A stretch of DNA of 64,000 nt, taken from contig JAZQWM010000008.1 of the NCBI GenBank assembly GCA_045632345.1, positions 58,236 to 122,235 on the forward strand, in the 5' to 3' direction. The translations under genes and the position numbers were made by a program. The number at the start of each line of letters is the position of its first letter. Positions within the stretch are counted from its first letter, which is position 1. Positions 63,747-64,000 of this stretch are shown one piece after another. The stretch is from Eubacteriales bacterium. GTDB lineage: Bacteria > Bacillota > Clostridia > Oscillospirales > CAG-272. The notes beneath the pieces are model-generated. The model was not told the origin of the DNA. It was given only the letters and a program-made list of their open reading frames with translations, and ran no database searches.

Positions 63747-63995
63747 TTAGTCAACAATACCTACGATAACTGCATCTGCAGGGCTGTTTTGATTGTGTAA
63801 AGCAAGTCTTGCTGAGCTTCCTGTTGTAATAAGAACAGTCTCTCCTATACCTGCGCCAACTGAGTCGATTGCGATAATGAACTCGTCTGTTTCCTTACCG
63901 TTTTTAATAAGCTGAACCTCCATGAATTTGCTGCCAACCAAGGAGTCTTGCTTTCTTGTGGAAACGATGTTTCCTCTGATAATTCCCTTTAACAT
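63747..63995 (-). CDS. eutN: EutN/PduN/CcmL-family BMC vertex (pentamer) protein
   Basis: 82 aa. GNIVSTRK..LVG.KF..VQ...., typical of BMC-P. Confidence 0.85.
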   Translation of the reverse strand: MLKGIIRGNIVSTRKQDSLVGSKFMEVQLIKNGKETDEFIIAIDSVGAGIGETVLITTGSSARLALHNQNSPADAVIVGIVD

Positions 63996-64000
63996 ATTTA

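Overview
This 64-kb window looks like a low-GC Firmicutes (Clostridia-like) chromosome: strong AGGAGG-type RBSs, rubredoxin, mnmG/rsmG/typA/rlmH housekeeping genes, and a glycyl-radical microcompartment locus. All calls were made by eye from the sequence and ORF track, with no searches run.

Layout:
- 1-4.4 kb: tRNA-Ser(UGA) followed by an AT-rich islet of about 3.8 kb. The islet is bounded by an exact 17-bp direct repeat of the tRNA 3' end. It carries an XRE-TPR regulator and an AAA-ATPase + RloB/TOPRIM-like pair (candidate AbiL/PARIS-style defence module), with no integrase.
- 4.4-16 kb: mixed-strand metabolic and accessory genes, including GH43, Nudix, an FGGY kinase, hpt, an unlisted 52-aa rubredoxin, cyclophilin, a BspA-type LRR protein, a GH28-like protein, a class-III-like Fic and an XRE regulator.
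- 16.2-18.9 kb: a very AT-rich islet with a MerR-like gene behind a 19-bp-spacer promoter, plus small zinc-ribbon ORFs.
- 19-64 kb: almost entirely minus-strand.
  - Housekeeping genes: mnmG, rlmH, typA, citrate synthase, rsmG, pncB and nadE.
  - A block of lipoproteins and hydrolases (M6 metalloprotease, CotH, GH38, two tandem metallophosphoesterases, GH43-like, EEP, SGNH).
  - The end of a glycyl-radical-enzyme microcompartment operon at the right edge (EutN/PduN, PduS-like, PduT-like, a diol-dehydratase-like GRE, its activase, EutS/PduU, EutP/PduV). This operon terminates in a translationally coupled ParA-like ATPase plus a small K/A/E-rich repeat protein.

Most interesting signals:
1. The ParA-like/partner pair as a possible McdAB-like positioning system for a metabolosome.
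2. A four-copy family of composite intergenic elements built from arrays of variable hairpins separated by the heptamer GTTATGA/TCATAAC around a conserved core.
3. Abundant heptamer-periodic tracts and other hairpin repeat families at gene boundaries.
4. The tRNA-linked defence islet.
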